A DNA stretch of 64,000 nt from Diadema antillarum (taxonomy: Eukaryota), in assembly GCF_040938485.1 (NCBI RefSeq), contig NW_027271231.1, positions 1,488,001 to 1,552,000 on the forward strand. Direction: 5' to 3'. The translations under genes were made by a program, and so were the position numbers. Positions 25,596 to 38,600 of the stretch are shown here, piece after piece (position 1 is the first letter of the stretch; every line of letters begins with the position of its first letter). The notes below the pieces were generated by a model. That model was not told the origin of the DNA. It saw only the letters and a program-made list of their open reading frames with translations, and searched no databases.

Positions 25596-28587
25596 CGAAA
25601 GTCGAGAAGTGCACCCTCTGTGTCAGCAGACAATCTAGATCTAATCGCATCGTGCGTTGATTAAACAGAAGACAGCATGTGAGGTTGATTTTAAACCCAA
25701 AACCAAACTCACCTTCCACGCTAATGCTCCTTTGAAATTGTCTCTGCATTCGATTCCAAGTCCCTACGGGTGATCTTCAGAAGTGCATATGATTTGACAA
25801 CTGTATTGTGACAGTTGGAAAAGAAAAACGTCGTATTGTTCTCTCCCGATCGCCGGACAATGATCACGAAGTATGCACCAACTTACATATACATTCTGTC
25901 ACACTTAATAACTTTCAAATTTTGATTAAGACGACTTCGTAGAACTCCAAAGCAAGATATCTGTGGGGTCTTTTATTCATAGAACGCAAAAGTGAACAAA
26001 AGTGTATGTAGGCTCTGTTCGGATCCTTGTCATCAGCTTCATCGCACCGTAAATGATCACGTATAACAATCGGAGTTGTTCAGCTATTTTCGCCACAACA
26101 AATAATTCTGAAATTGTGTCACTGCGTCATGTGAAGCGTGCTAATAAGCAAATGAATGCATACGAATACCGCTTTGTGATTTATGAAGAGATAATTATGC
26201 TTGCATCGACGTTACGGAATGCATTCTTTCTTTCTTTTTGTCACTAGGGTTATATTCACACAAGAAAGCAAAAATGCTATGGGTGTAATTGGCGCAGAAT
26301 GTTATAATTATTGGCGTCTTACCAACATTTTTGTACCGTATTCCTGGTAAAGTTGAACTTTGCACTACACTGTTATTTTCGAGATAGCTCAAGTATCAAT
26401 TCCACCACAGAGAATGAATGAAAGTACTGCACAAGCAGTAAACATTCCTGTCCACAATTGTCATTTGCGAAATCTTCATGGCAAAGAGACGGGGAGCTGG
26501 AACAAAAATGGTTCAACATTGCTTCAATGATGACATAGGTAGACATCTGGCATTATAATACTGGTTACTACTTTAAAATATTCAGTGCTCTTGAGACATT
26601 TTCCTCCTTAACAACGCAACTGTCAAGAACAACTTTAGAGACGCTTCGATATTAAACTGAAATGTAAACAGGTAAAGGAAAACATACATTACAGTCTAAT
26701 TGCTGAGCGTTTCAGTAATTCCGGATGAAAACACGACACATGAAGCATGTGATGTTCTCAGGCCAAACGTAGTGTTTAGGTGTGGTAAACTTTGGTGTGA
26801 CTCGACAGTCCCATGTCAACTCGTGTTTAGGCCCATTGAGACAGTAAACTGTGATGTCTATCCACACAACTCTCAAACGTGTTTCAGTTTGTTTGTTTGT
26901 TTGTTTTTTCTTCCAATCAGCTGCTGTTTATGAAAGGTTAAAAGGGCAATTAATGAAAGGAAGATGGAAAGTGCAAATTGGCAAAATGATGTTGATGATG
27001 GTTGCCATGGTGACAGTGCAGCTGGCGAGGATGAAAAAAAAAAGTGATGTCTAAAAGAGGGCTGATGGCCGATAAAACATTTCTATCAGCACTCAACCCT
27101 CATACTTGACATAAGAGTTTGTATGTACATTTGTGTATCAAATGCACCTATGAGAAGAGACAGAAAAGGAAGAAATACTGTTTATCCAAACATGTGTACA
27201 ATAATTTGATGTATTAAAGGCATATTGACTTTTATATCACAACCAAAAGGACAGTCAGGAAAACTATTTCAGTGGCTCTTTCCTCGGGTGTACCTCAGAT
27301 ATATGTATAATCTTCACATTTTAGAAGTATAATCCTTTTGAAAAGATAATAACAAAACTAGTGATAAAAATATAGATTTTCTTGAGAATAAAGAGAGAGA
27401 GGGAAGTACCTAATGGAGGGGGGGGGGGGGGCTCCATCCACTCTAATCAGGTAAGTGAGTGGGGGCAAAATGTGTTATCATCTGTACTCTCAGAACAGTT
27501 AGGAGCTGTATACCTATCCAGTAAAGCATTTCGCAGGTCTTATGTGTTCAAACCCAATGTACCCTTGAAAAATCAGTCAGACAATCAGTGTACACTCTTT
27601 TTTGACACTAGATCTTTCGATTATTTAGCGTAAAAAAGTAATACATGTATGTGTTTCAGACTACTGTGCTGACTCACCTAGAACCCCTTGCTTTTTGTCA
27701 ATTATTGTCACACCAACAAAAGTGAAGTAGATTCATGTCTTGTGGTTGAAAATATGTACTCTACATACATGCAATTTATTTACAATTCGACAACAAAAAT
27801 AAACTGTAAAGAATGTACAATTCATAAGATTAAATCACATTTGTCTATAGAGATAACATCTCTGAATATACTGTGTATCACATGGGTAACATTTATACCA
27901 TTTTCATCAAGTTGGAAAAAACACAAAAACAAATCCTGATTCCCAAGCAGTCTGAATAAATACACATAAATCTGACTTGACCTTCTCTCAACAGTCTGGA
28001 CCGGTTGAATGCATTATTACTGCAGCATTTGCTGTCATACACTGAAAGTCACTATTTATGTCCCCTTAAAAAAAAATAAAAAAAAATAAAACAAGTAAAA
28101 AAATCAGATGACATTGTTTTCAAAGGGCAATATCCTAAATCAAGCCAAAATTAATTAAACAGGATGTATTGATCCGCAAAAGGACTAGACAAATATCAGT
28201 TGAATATCTGGCGTGCATGCAAATGAGAAGTTGTTTTGTAAACACTGGCATATCAGAAAATTGTTTCAAATTTCAGCTCAAGAGTTGAAGTAAGCATCTG
28301 TATGACTTTCGAGGAAGAGCTATTACAGCCCTTCTCACCTACAGGCATCATGGTATGTGCATTATCCACCTGTTTGAGAAGACAATATGATTTTCACGTC
28401 ATAACACATGACAAACACAAACAACATAGTTGTTCAAATTTCGTTGACTTAAAAACTAGACAGCGTGCAATATGTAAATAAAAAGACATATGAAATGACA
28501 ATGTCTCAAAACAAAGTTTAGCTATAGATTCATCTCGTCAAATTTTCATTTTGCCTGTTTCAGCTCAGAACTATAACGGATATCAAT

Positions 28588-28993
28588 GGGTGCGTTCGAG
28601 CACTCTCCTAAAGCGAACTGTACCGCACCGTACCCGCGCCAGAGGAGCGCTCGAACGCTCCTAAAGTTTACCGTACCGTACCGAGCCAACAGTGGACCAC
28701 TTTCCACTGTGCTTCAAAAGCGTACCAAAAGCGTACCAAAAGTTCTGTGTAAAGCATGCGCGTATCATGCGGAGCCCATACATCACAATGCAAAGACATC
28801 ATTCTCTTTGTTCGGAACAGGTGCGAGTAGTTCTTCAAGCGCCAGGTGGATGACATTCTTGCTACAAAATGCGTGACCTTTCCTAAAAATTACTCGTGAG
28901 GTACGCTTTCTCGACAGAGCGCTCGTACACTTCAGATCTGGCACAGTTCGGTACGGTACGCTTTCGTTCGCTTTAGAGCACTCGAACGCACCC
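28588..28993. mobile_element. PIF/Harbinger-like palindromic MITE
   Basis: TIRs GGGTGCGTTCGAG / CTCGAACGCACCC, 3-bp TSD AAT on both sides, internal GTACC repeats. Confidence 0.75.
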
Positions 28994-29690
28994 AATGTTT
29001 CGGTGTGGAGTGATCAATGTGTGGTCTTAATGTGACTGAACGGATTGCCTTCCTCTCCCTTCAGGGATTAATTGTGGAACGTGAGTCACCCAAACCAAAT
29101 TAAACTTATTAATTTTGACTTGATGTGAAAAATATATGCATGAAAGGGGAACAAATATTTATTGATAAGTTATAAAGTAATAAACATACATGTACACACA
29201 GCTGGATATCATTTATGAAGAATGAATAATGGCAGCAAATTATTAAAATGAGCCAAAATGTAATCAGACAGAGTTGTTAATCTCCCTTCTGTCTAGAAAA
29301 GTTTAGCTAACTACATAACAATAATCTGAGTGTGGCAAAGATTGAAGAGTATTAATTAATTAAACATGTGATGTTACATTGGCCTGCTTTAGGGATAATC
29401 GAAGAGAGTGGCAGCAAGTAAATCGGCGAACCAAATTACATGCACTTCATATGTAGTTTACTTTAAAGGAAATCTACGAGGGTGGCGACAGCCAAATTGC
29501 AAACTAACACACAAGACTTTACCCTCCAAGAAGGTCTCTGGGTGTAGCAAATAATGATGGTAACGTAGAGTCCAAACGCATGACATAAGTCTGGTCTCAA
29601 AGCATACAAGCCATTCCATCTCGGTGGAACAGATATCCAAACAATGATCACCCTGTCTCTGCAAGCCATTCCACTGGGCGTCGGTCACTG

Positions 29691-32600
29691 TCAGGAGGGT
29701 TGGGTGCCGTTGGCGAGGTGGTTGCATATGTGGGGCATGTCGTGGAGCTTCTCTCGGATGTGACTTGGCAAGGAAGAATTGTGGCCATAGCTAGAACACA
29801 CCAACAGAGAAATATGCTCTACATAAGCTCTACATAAGGTGGATCCTCATTGCAAAGAAAACTGATACAATAATCTCTGGCTATAACAAAGCGATTTTTG
29901 TACTCATAGTTTCAAATTCCTGTTTATTTGATCTCACATACTGACATAAAATGCACTCACAGTGTGACAAGCGGAGGACAAAAAACAAAATACAACAGAA
30001 AATCATGAATGATTGTAGGGCACATGTACATCTATTTCACTGTCTATTTCTGCAAACATTTTTAAAATGAACACACAAGCAACATTTTCCTGAAAATAAA
30101 GACGAAATATACTCCACCATCCTTACACGGAAACAGCACAGTTGATGATAATGCATAAAAATACTAATCTTACGGGTCTACCTATTGCTGAAAAATCTCA
30201 AAATACCTCATTTCCCTGACATCAATTGTTAGTGGCCCCAGGTTATCACTTACAAGCCCTGTATTATGGCACACTGTATTAAACTACTGGTATGATAGTA
30301 CAGTATGCAAACGCTAGGTACCACATGTTTTGTACAGTGTATCAACAAGTGAGTTTGACTTCGATGAGAATGGTTAAAGGGGAAGGCTAGTAACTGATCA
30401 GTGGGAATCAGTGCGAATGCTGGGGGATGATTGTTCCGATTCTTGTGGGATTCATTTAAGAGTACATTATATATCTATTGTTGTGTGAAAATTATTTGCT
30501 TCAGAACGGTCTCATATTCAAGTAATGCGCAGCTTAATGCCCCGTCACTGACCAGGCATGCTCACCTGGAAACATTAAACTGCACATTACTCGAATATGA
30601 GACCATTCTGAAGCAAATAATTTTCACACAACATTTGATTATATAATGTGCTCTTGAATGAATCCCTTAAGGATTGGAACAATCATCTCCCAGCATTTCC
30701 TCTGATTCCCACTGATCAGTTACTAGCCTTCCCCTTTAAGTAGAGTAAAGATATGATACCTCTCAGCCTTGCCATTAGCTGGAATAAACCGGACTGCTGA
30801 GGATGAGGCTGGGAACTGGATCTCTCCGCCATCACTATATTGGACTCGCACCTCCCCAGATCTCATCTTACAAGGGAGAGAGATAGAGGCAGAAAATGAT
30901 GGATGGATAATAAGATAGAAAGAGAAGAAAGCAAAAGATGTAAACTATTTCATCTTTGGAGTAGGATCACAAATCTATTTCATTATGTGAATGATCAAAT
31001 ATATAGCTGCAAACACGAACACTCTGAATGTGATTTTCTTAGTTTTGATATATTTTTTAAAATAGTTAATAAAAATAATCATGAAAGTGATGACGATAAT
31101 GACAAAATTTTGCCTTAAACTCTACGTCAGCTATACATGGAACACACTTTTGGTATACAATAGACAGTATAGAATACAAAATGCTTTTAGTTCTGAGTAC
31201 TGTACAACCTAAAATACTCGCCACATGAAACTTTTGCGAATGGGAGCCAACAGCATTTTTCACAGCAAGAAACTTTTGTGAACTGCCGTCGGTATTCAAT
31301 GCATTACGTAGATAAAAATCTTTCGTATGCATTTCACTTTTGTGAATCTTGGCCCCTCACAAAATTCACAAGAATTTCATGCACACACACACACACACAA
31401 AAATCTGGTTTTACAGTAAATATAATTACCTGACTTCTCATCATCTCCAAAATTGCTTGAGAGCGTGAAATTCACTGGTATAATACGCCACACAGGGTCA
31501 AAGTACTCAAATTAAATGCAGTGAATGACTTTTCCATATTGCGTATTTGGATTTAATTCACAAGATTGTGGCTTACCCGTGATGCCCACCCTACATTAGG
31601 GACGTAGACAGCTTTCAGGACTTCATCCTTCCCTCCAATGTGTGGCTTCATAGAAGAGTTTGACCTGCCCTTGACATTGACCGCTAAAAGTGAACAGACA
31701 TGAGGACACAGCATAAGATGACAAACACAGGAGACTGCTTGAAACAGGGCATGAATGGTTTGCTATATCCCAAATCAAACTAGATGTTAATGAATTAACT
31801 GAAGTCTTCAGGAACAAAATGCTTTCCTGCCATGATACAATTAAAATACCTAATACATAGTTTATTTAGATTGTGAATTGGGCATAAAAAAGAAGAAAAC
31901 TCTAATCCTTGTTGCCTTTTTGTACAATTCAAACTAATGCTTCAATTTTGCACTTCAATGTACAATTGATAGAACAATCAAGACACCAGCTGAAATCAAT
32001 AGCAGTCTTTTCTGTTAAATCCTTCTTTAAATAGGTCTAATAGGCTCGACCATCACAGTCATGAAAGATTGACTAGTTTACTGACCTTGGTCAGTCTTCT
32101 TGCGTTGTGACCGTCCATTGCCTTCCTTGACGCTCTTGGTCGTGCTGCATATTGTGCCATCGAAGGAGCACACAGAGGTGGAGGGTGGGGCGGCCGTGCT
32201 GGGAGAGGTGACAGACCCCAGGGGAATGGTAGAGCTGGGGTCACTGAAGGTCGGTGCGGGTGCACGATTAGAGTTGGCCGACGTAGAGGTTTGTTGATTG
32301 TGAGCAGCAGCGGGTGCTGTTGTTGCTGTTGTAGCTGGAAGTTGCTGCACACTAGACACTTGATGTGGTTTTCTGAGGAGTCAAAACGTTTTTGTTTTTG
32401 TTGATGATTAATCTACTCTCTTCTTTAAAAAAGTTTTTAATGTCGAGATAAGTAAGGTTTCAATGTAAAACGCCTGTTCTATGAGAAATACACTAAATTT
32501 TCTTGGAATAACTGTCTGCTTTAGATTATGAAAACTAATCACATCAACACGAATCAAGATACATGTTAAAGGCTAATGTGTGAAACTTCACCAAATAAAG

Positions 32601-35600
32601 ATGAGCATGTGAATACAATCATATCATGTTCAAAAGAAATCATGTACAAGTACAGAGTAGACTAATACTGTAAAAGTGGTTTCTTTCGCGTACAGATACT
32701 TTCGCAGTTTCCATCGGTGCTGACTTTTTTGCGTGTGTTTAAATTCGCGGTCGGCAAAATCTGTGAATTCACAGACGGCAAAACCTGTTTTATTTTGCAC
32801 ATGAAAACCCAAACTACAGTCCAATTAGTCTTTTATTTATTACATAGAAATTAAAATTAAATGCAGGCTTACCTGAAATCCTTCTCTCGAGTACTTTATA
32901 ACATGCTTGTACCTACTAGTACATGGGCGGTATCGCTGTGTGTGTGTCGACCATCAATACACTCAATGCACAGAATCTTCATGTGTGCATGTGCGCAATA
33001 CTACAGCGTTGTAACAAGTGGCAAGTTCAAACTAGAAATATCACTGAAGGTGATTAATACCCCCGCCCCGTGACGACCAGTCTTACCATAGGAATGATCT
33101 TTACTTGATCTTCTGCCATTTATATGCCGTTACCATGGCAACGCAGTTTCCGACACGTCCGAAAAATATGTCTTCCACATCTTCCCACCAAGATCAAGGT
33201 GTGTGCCACATTTCATAAGCTTTGGTCAAAAAACTGAGGAAGTAGTTAAATCCGCAAGATCTTTCCTTGATCTTCTGCCATTAATATGCCGTTACCATGG
33301 CAACGTACTTTCGGGTACTGTCAAAAAATGCGTCTTGCACATCTACAACCAAAGGCACACATCTGTACCAAGTTTCATGGAAATTGGGCAAAAACTGAGG
33401 AAGTAGTTTGCAACACAAAATTTTCCATCATTTTGGCTCATAATATGTGAGCTGTTACCATGGCAACATACTTTTTGTCACTGTCAAGAAATGTGTCATG
33501 CTGACCTATATCCTAAGACAAACATTCAATATGAATTCCATGAGAATTGGAAGAACACTGATGAAGCAGTTTTGCCATGAAGCATTTTGCCCTATATTTT
33601 ACCAATAACATGCCGTTACCATGGCAACGCACTTTTTGCCACTGTGGAAATATGTGTCTTGCACATTAACATATTCAGATGAACATCTGTACCTAATTTC
33701 ATAAAAATTGATCAAAAACTGTGGGAGGAGTTCGCGACGCAAGATTTGTACCCATTTTTGCCCATAATATGCCGTTACCATGGCAACGTACTTTTGGGTA
33801 CTGTCAAAAAATACGTCTTGCACATCTACAACCCAAGGCACACATCTGTGCCAAGTTTTATGGGAATCGGTTGAAAACTGAGGAAGTAGTTCGCGACGCA
33901 AGATTTGCAACGGACCGACCGCCCGACCGCCCGACCGACCGCCCGACCGCCCGACCGACCGCCCGACCGCCCGACCGCCCGACCGCCCGACCGCCCGACT
34001 GCCCGACCGCCCGACCGCCCGACCGTCCGCTGATTCCTATATACCCCCTTCAAACTTTGTTTGGCGGGGGTATAAACATTTCCTTGCGTGATTAATTTTG
34101 CTTGACTTTTCAAAATATTTTCGCGTGATGTTGAATTCGCAGTTCAACCTCAAAGCGCAAAAATAAAACCACCGCGAAAGAAACCACTTTTACAGTAGTC
34201 AAAATTCTGGTCTCACTCTGATTCTCTCATCTATGTATTCTTTGCAGATAGGGTATGTGACATCTCTTTTCAAACTATATATAAGACACATACCTACAAT
34301 ACATACAATCACAATAGTGACAATCAAAGTGTATCCATCAAATGGCAAACACAAACTTTTATAGATAATGTGGAGTTGGGAGAGGTCACCATTAACATTC
34401 ATCAACTGCTCTCTGTATTCAAGCATGGGTATCAACCTTACTACAACCTCCCTGCCCCTACATCAATCATTTGTAAAACACAATCTGATGCAGAGTATTG
34501 TGTTGGATAAGGCAGACTCATTTTATCACAGAACATTTAAACATCAAAAGTCTGTGGTATTCTTTTTTTTAATACTACACTGAACTTGAAATACTGTTAC
34601 ATAAGTACCAACCTGGATAACAAGATTGGAAAGAAAGGTCCATAACCGTGCCTGGATTCAAGGCTAGCAATAGCTGTCTCCACGTCGACGCAATGCTGTT
34701 TCCACTGAGAAATTTAAAGACAGTATACTGTGGTAAAATGAGCACAAGTAGATCCTAAAATACATCATCAATCGTTATATGATATCAAGATATCATTTGA
34801 TTTTTCATTAGAAAGTATGTCTACAATATATATCATGTACGCTATTCATACTATCTGTGATTAAAATCTCCATGATTAGCAAGTAATAAATAGAAAGTGA
34901 AATTTCACAAATCACTAAGGAAGCCGATGAGGTGGAGACACCTACGATCACCCTTTGAAATAGAAGATACCGGTAATATACACTGCCAATCTCTGATGAT
35001 GAACAACACAGTCCTACTACTACTATTACATTCCTAAATTTCACAAGATATACAAAGATAGGCTGCAACCAGTTGAGCCTAGCAACTTTCACATTTGCCT
35101 TTGTGTGTTTTCTTTCTTTCTTTTTTTTAACCCCTCGACAATACAGACAACACAGAAATGTAGGAGAAAGGAAAAAACATTTGTTATTGTGAAATTTAGA
35201 CATCACACAGCAAGCAAAGAACAAAGAATTTTTTAGACTACTCTCGTGGTAAAACTCCATGCAGTACAATTTGAATTGAAACATCTTATTCCAGTACACA
35301 TGGTCTAAAGAAAACATTCTGCGGCCAGGGAATATTTCACGAGATAGATTATGAGTAAGGACTACCATCTCACCATGAGAAAGCTGTTGATGAGAGGTCT
35401 CAGGTGGCCAGGTATCCTGGTATCTTCCCCATTCAGTGGATGTTTACTGGTCTGCCCGCCATCTTCAACAACCACCAGCTCGTTCGCCGTCTGGTAGATC
35501 TTGACCCCTTTGACCAGAGCAAACATATCATATCCCATTCACCATATCACGTATCATAGTATATTGTTTATTTTTCCATGACATAGCTCATCAAGATACG

Positions 35601-38600
35601 CATCTTCAGTATCAACTTTCCACCCCATGAGTGAGAATGTACAGTATTTGGTGTCAGAAATTCACCTGTTTAATCCGTCTAATGTAAGTGTCAGAAAGGT
35701 GCATGCACGACTAATGACTTTGTAATCCGTCTTATGGAACCGTCGGAAATGTGCGTACATGACTAATGAATTCATGAATATCCACAAAATTTTTGGATGT
35801 GCCCACTTTGTCATCAAGGGAAATGCATAGAACAGATAATATTTTGATTGTCTCTTTTGGGCAGAGTAAAATTTGTCTGTTATATGTTACTCAAACACAC
35901 TTACATGTAACTACACGCTTTGCTTTCACATTTCAAACCATATCTATTTATTCTGTTTTCTTTTAGCAGGGTAGCCCTGCTAAAAGAAAGCCAACTGGAG
36001 ATAGCAGTGAAAACAAAATGTAGATTATGATGATCATCATCATCACAATCTTAACCATTACCACTACCATCTTCATCATCATCTTCATCACCATTATCAC
36101 CACCACCACCACCACCATCGCCATCATCATCATCGTCATCATCATCATCATCATCATATTCCAGACAACTCATACTTACAGGCATATACTCTTATACATC
36201 CCATACTCAAAGTGATGGCACAATATATTTCAGATTTCTAAAGATGCTTCACTCGCGTGTTCAGTGAATCTACGGACACAAATGACCAACACACCAGGCA
36301 TTTCCCCTTACCCGAGTAGAAGTTAGCCTCAAAGTCAGCCGAGGGACCATTCTCCATCAGCATGCACTTGGCCTGGTCCGTGTACAGCGTGACCTTGGGC
36401 GTCTTGGAGCGGACCAGCTGAATGAAGCGGGCGGCGTACTGGTACTTCTTCCAGTAGCGCGAGGGCAGGTTGTGGTAGCTGTGGGTGGCTGTGCCGCTGT
36501 CCTGGGGCGGGGACGGTGGGTCCTCCATGAGGGGGAATCCCTTGCCCCCGTTGGGCTGGTAGATAGTAACCTGGGTAAAACAAAGACAAAGGCTTTGTGA
36601 TGATGGGACCATGGTTATCCAGGGAAGGATTAGCAGACTTACTATTAGTGGTGGAGATTCGTAGGACAACAGTAGCAAGACACGCTGGTGACAAACCCTG
36701 GGTTCATCGCATATGTCTCGTACTTCACTTGTACTTCATGGGAACAAGTCATTGGGAATATAAATGTAAGTCAAGGCCTGAATAAAGAAGTTACGCTAGC
36801 TAGTGGATTCCTGCATTTTTTGTCTCATTATGCTGTTGTGTAGCTAAGAGAACAAAATACAATAGATCATTAAACAATATAATTCAACCAAGAATCCATT
36901 TCTGTCATTAAAATTGGGTGTGACAAATACTGGTATCCTAAACATTATTTCAAATGAACATGCACATTGGACGTAAGAGTCCATCAATGATTTGCATCAT
37001 GTGCACATGAAATAGTAAATGTGTATGTTGTAAATTCCATGTTTAGCAAGAAATATATTCAAGTTGTGTCTACATTGCAAACCTTCATTCCATCTTGGGA
37101 TATTCGGATGACTTCCACCACCCGATCTTGCCCCTCTCTGCTCTTCAAGAACTCGAGGCAGACCTCCCCGCGATTCATGATGCTCACCTGGGAAGCAAAC
37201 ATCAGGACCAGATAAAAAAGTCAGAATACTCTCAAGATTCTATACGATGACACTCTCCACTGTTCCTATTACTATGAGGGTAAGGAAAAAGAGATATTTT
37301 TGGTGCCACCAGTACATATTTTCTAGTCTGTATAATACTGACATCATGTGCCAAATGTGCCTGGTGACTTTTTGTGGCAACTTTTTGTGGCAAGAGCCAA
37401 TTAGGAAGCAGGATTCTTTGTCATTACCATGACACTTGCCATTGCAGTAAAAGTTGCGACAGTGGACTCCTATTATAACGAAGTCCTTGGGGACCGGTAG
37501 TTTTCTTCCGTTATATTGAAATTTTGTTATAACCCAACAAATAAACAATAAAAGCACATAGAGTGGTTAATGCTGCATCCTGAATTTTTACTTCGTTCTA
37601 ACCGAATTTTGTTATAAGCATTTTGTTATAATGGGAGAGCACTGTATCATAGCAACATTTTCATGAAATTGAGCCTACAATGTGATTCTGTCCAAGGGAC
37701 AGCATGATTTATAAAGGAAAAAGTGTGCTGATAAATGGCATTTGGCATCACAAGGTTCCTCCACAAACTGAGCCAGTGGATCTAGCATTTATCGATCCAA
37801 CATGTTGTTCACTATGCCATTTCATCACTGTGGTATCCTCACCACTGAAATCAGAGTTTGCTGTACCCCTCTTCATTCACTAAGCCTCACTGCAGTCAAG
37901 TTTCCCTCAAAGAAATACAGATTTTGTATTGGCACTGCACTCAAGACAGAGAAGCAAGGATGCATTCTAATCTATGTTCACTCAAAGTGCTCGTGCATAA
38001 TTATATTTGAGTTTTGAATTGTGTTTTGAGGCCAGTTTTAAAATTTAAATAATAAATCCACATCACTGTCAGACAACATTGCATTTGTATGAAGATGGTG
38101 CTACTGAGAATTTTTCACTGCCTTTCTTTAAAGCAGTAAGCAAGCAGAAACTTCAAAAATTCATAACTTTTGAATGGGCTGTCCAATTTTCCTCAAACTC
38201 TCACTGGTGTTTTACTAATATTGCTGCATTCACTCAATCCACATGTCTATGAAGGTCGACTTGTCCTTTAACCCTAACTTACCGGGGGGGGGGCATTATG
38301 CCCCCCCCCCCTCGACGAATTCCGCGACCATTCCGGTGCGCAAAATTTTTTTGACCGCGCCGCTCGCTGACTTTTTACTTTCAAGTCTCACGCAACTTTT
38401 GAGACCAAATTTGTCGCGCCCTGGCATACCGTTCCGAAGCCACGCCCCTTCAAAAAATTTTTGTCAACCCTAAAATTGCTCAAAAACGTGATTTTGTGTA
38501 CAAAGTCAATACAAATTGTGTTTTTTCAATTAATTCATATAAAAATTCATATTTTTAATTTTAATGGCTGAAATCAATTTATTTTAGTATAACTATGCTT

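Noticed and set aside
26851-27054. Short ORF/exon candidate and an isolated X-box-like GTTGCCATGGTGAC at 27001
   Set aside because: Stops bound all frames closely, there is no gene context, and a single motif is not near an identifiable promoter.
36027-36215. Poly-Ile/Thr and poly-Met/Val ORFs
   Set aside because: Translations of the (CAT/CAC)n microsatellite.
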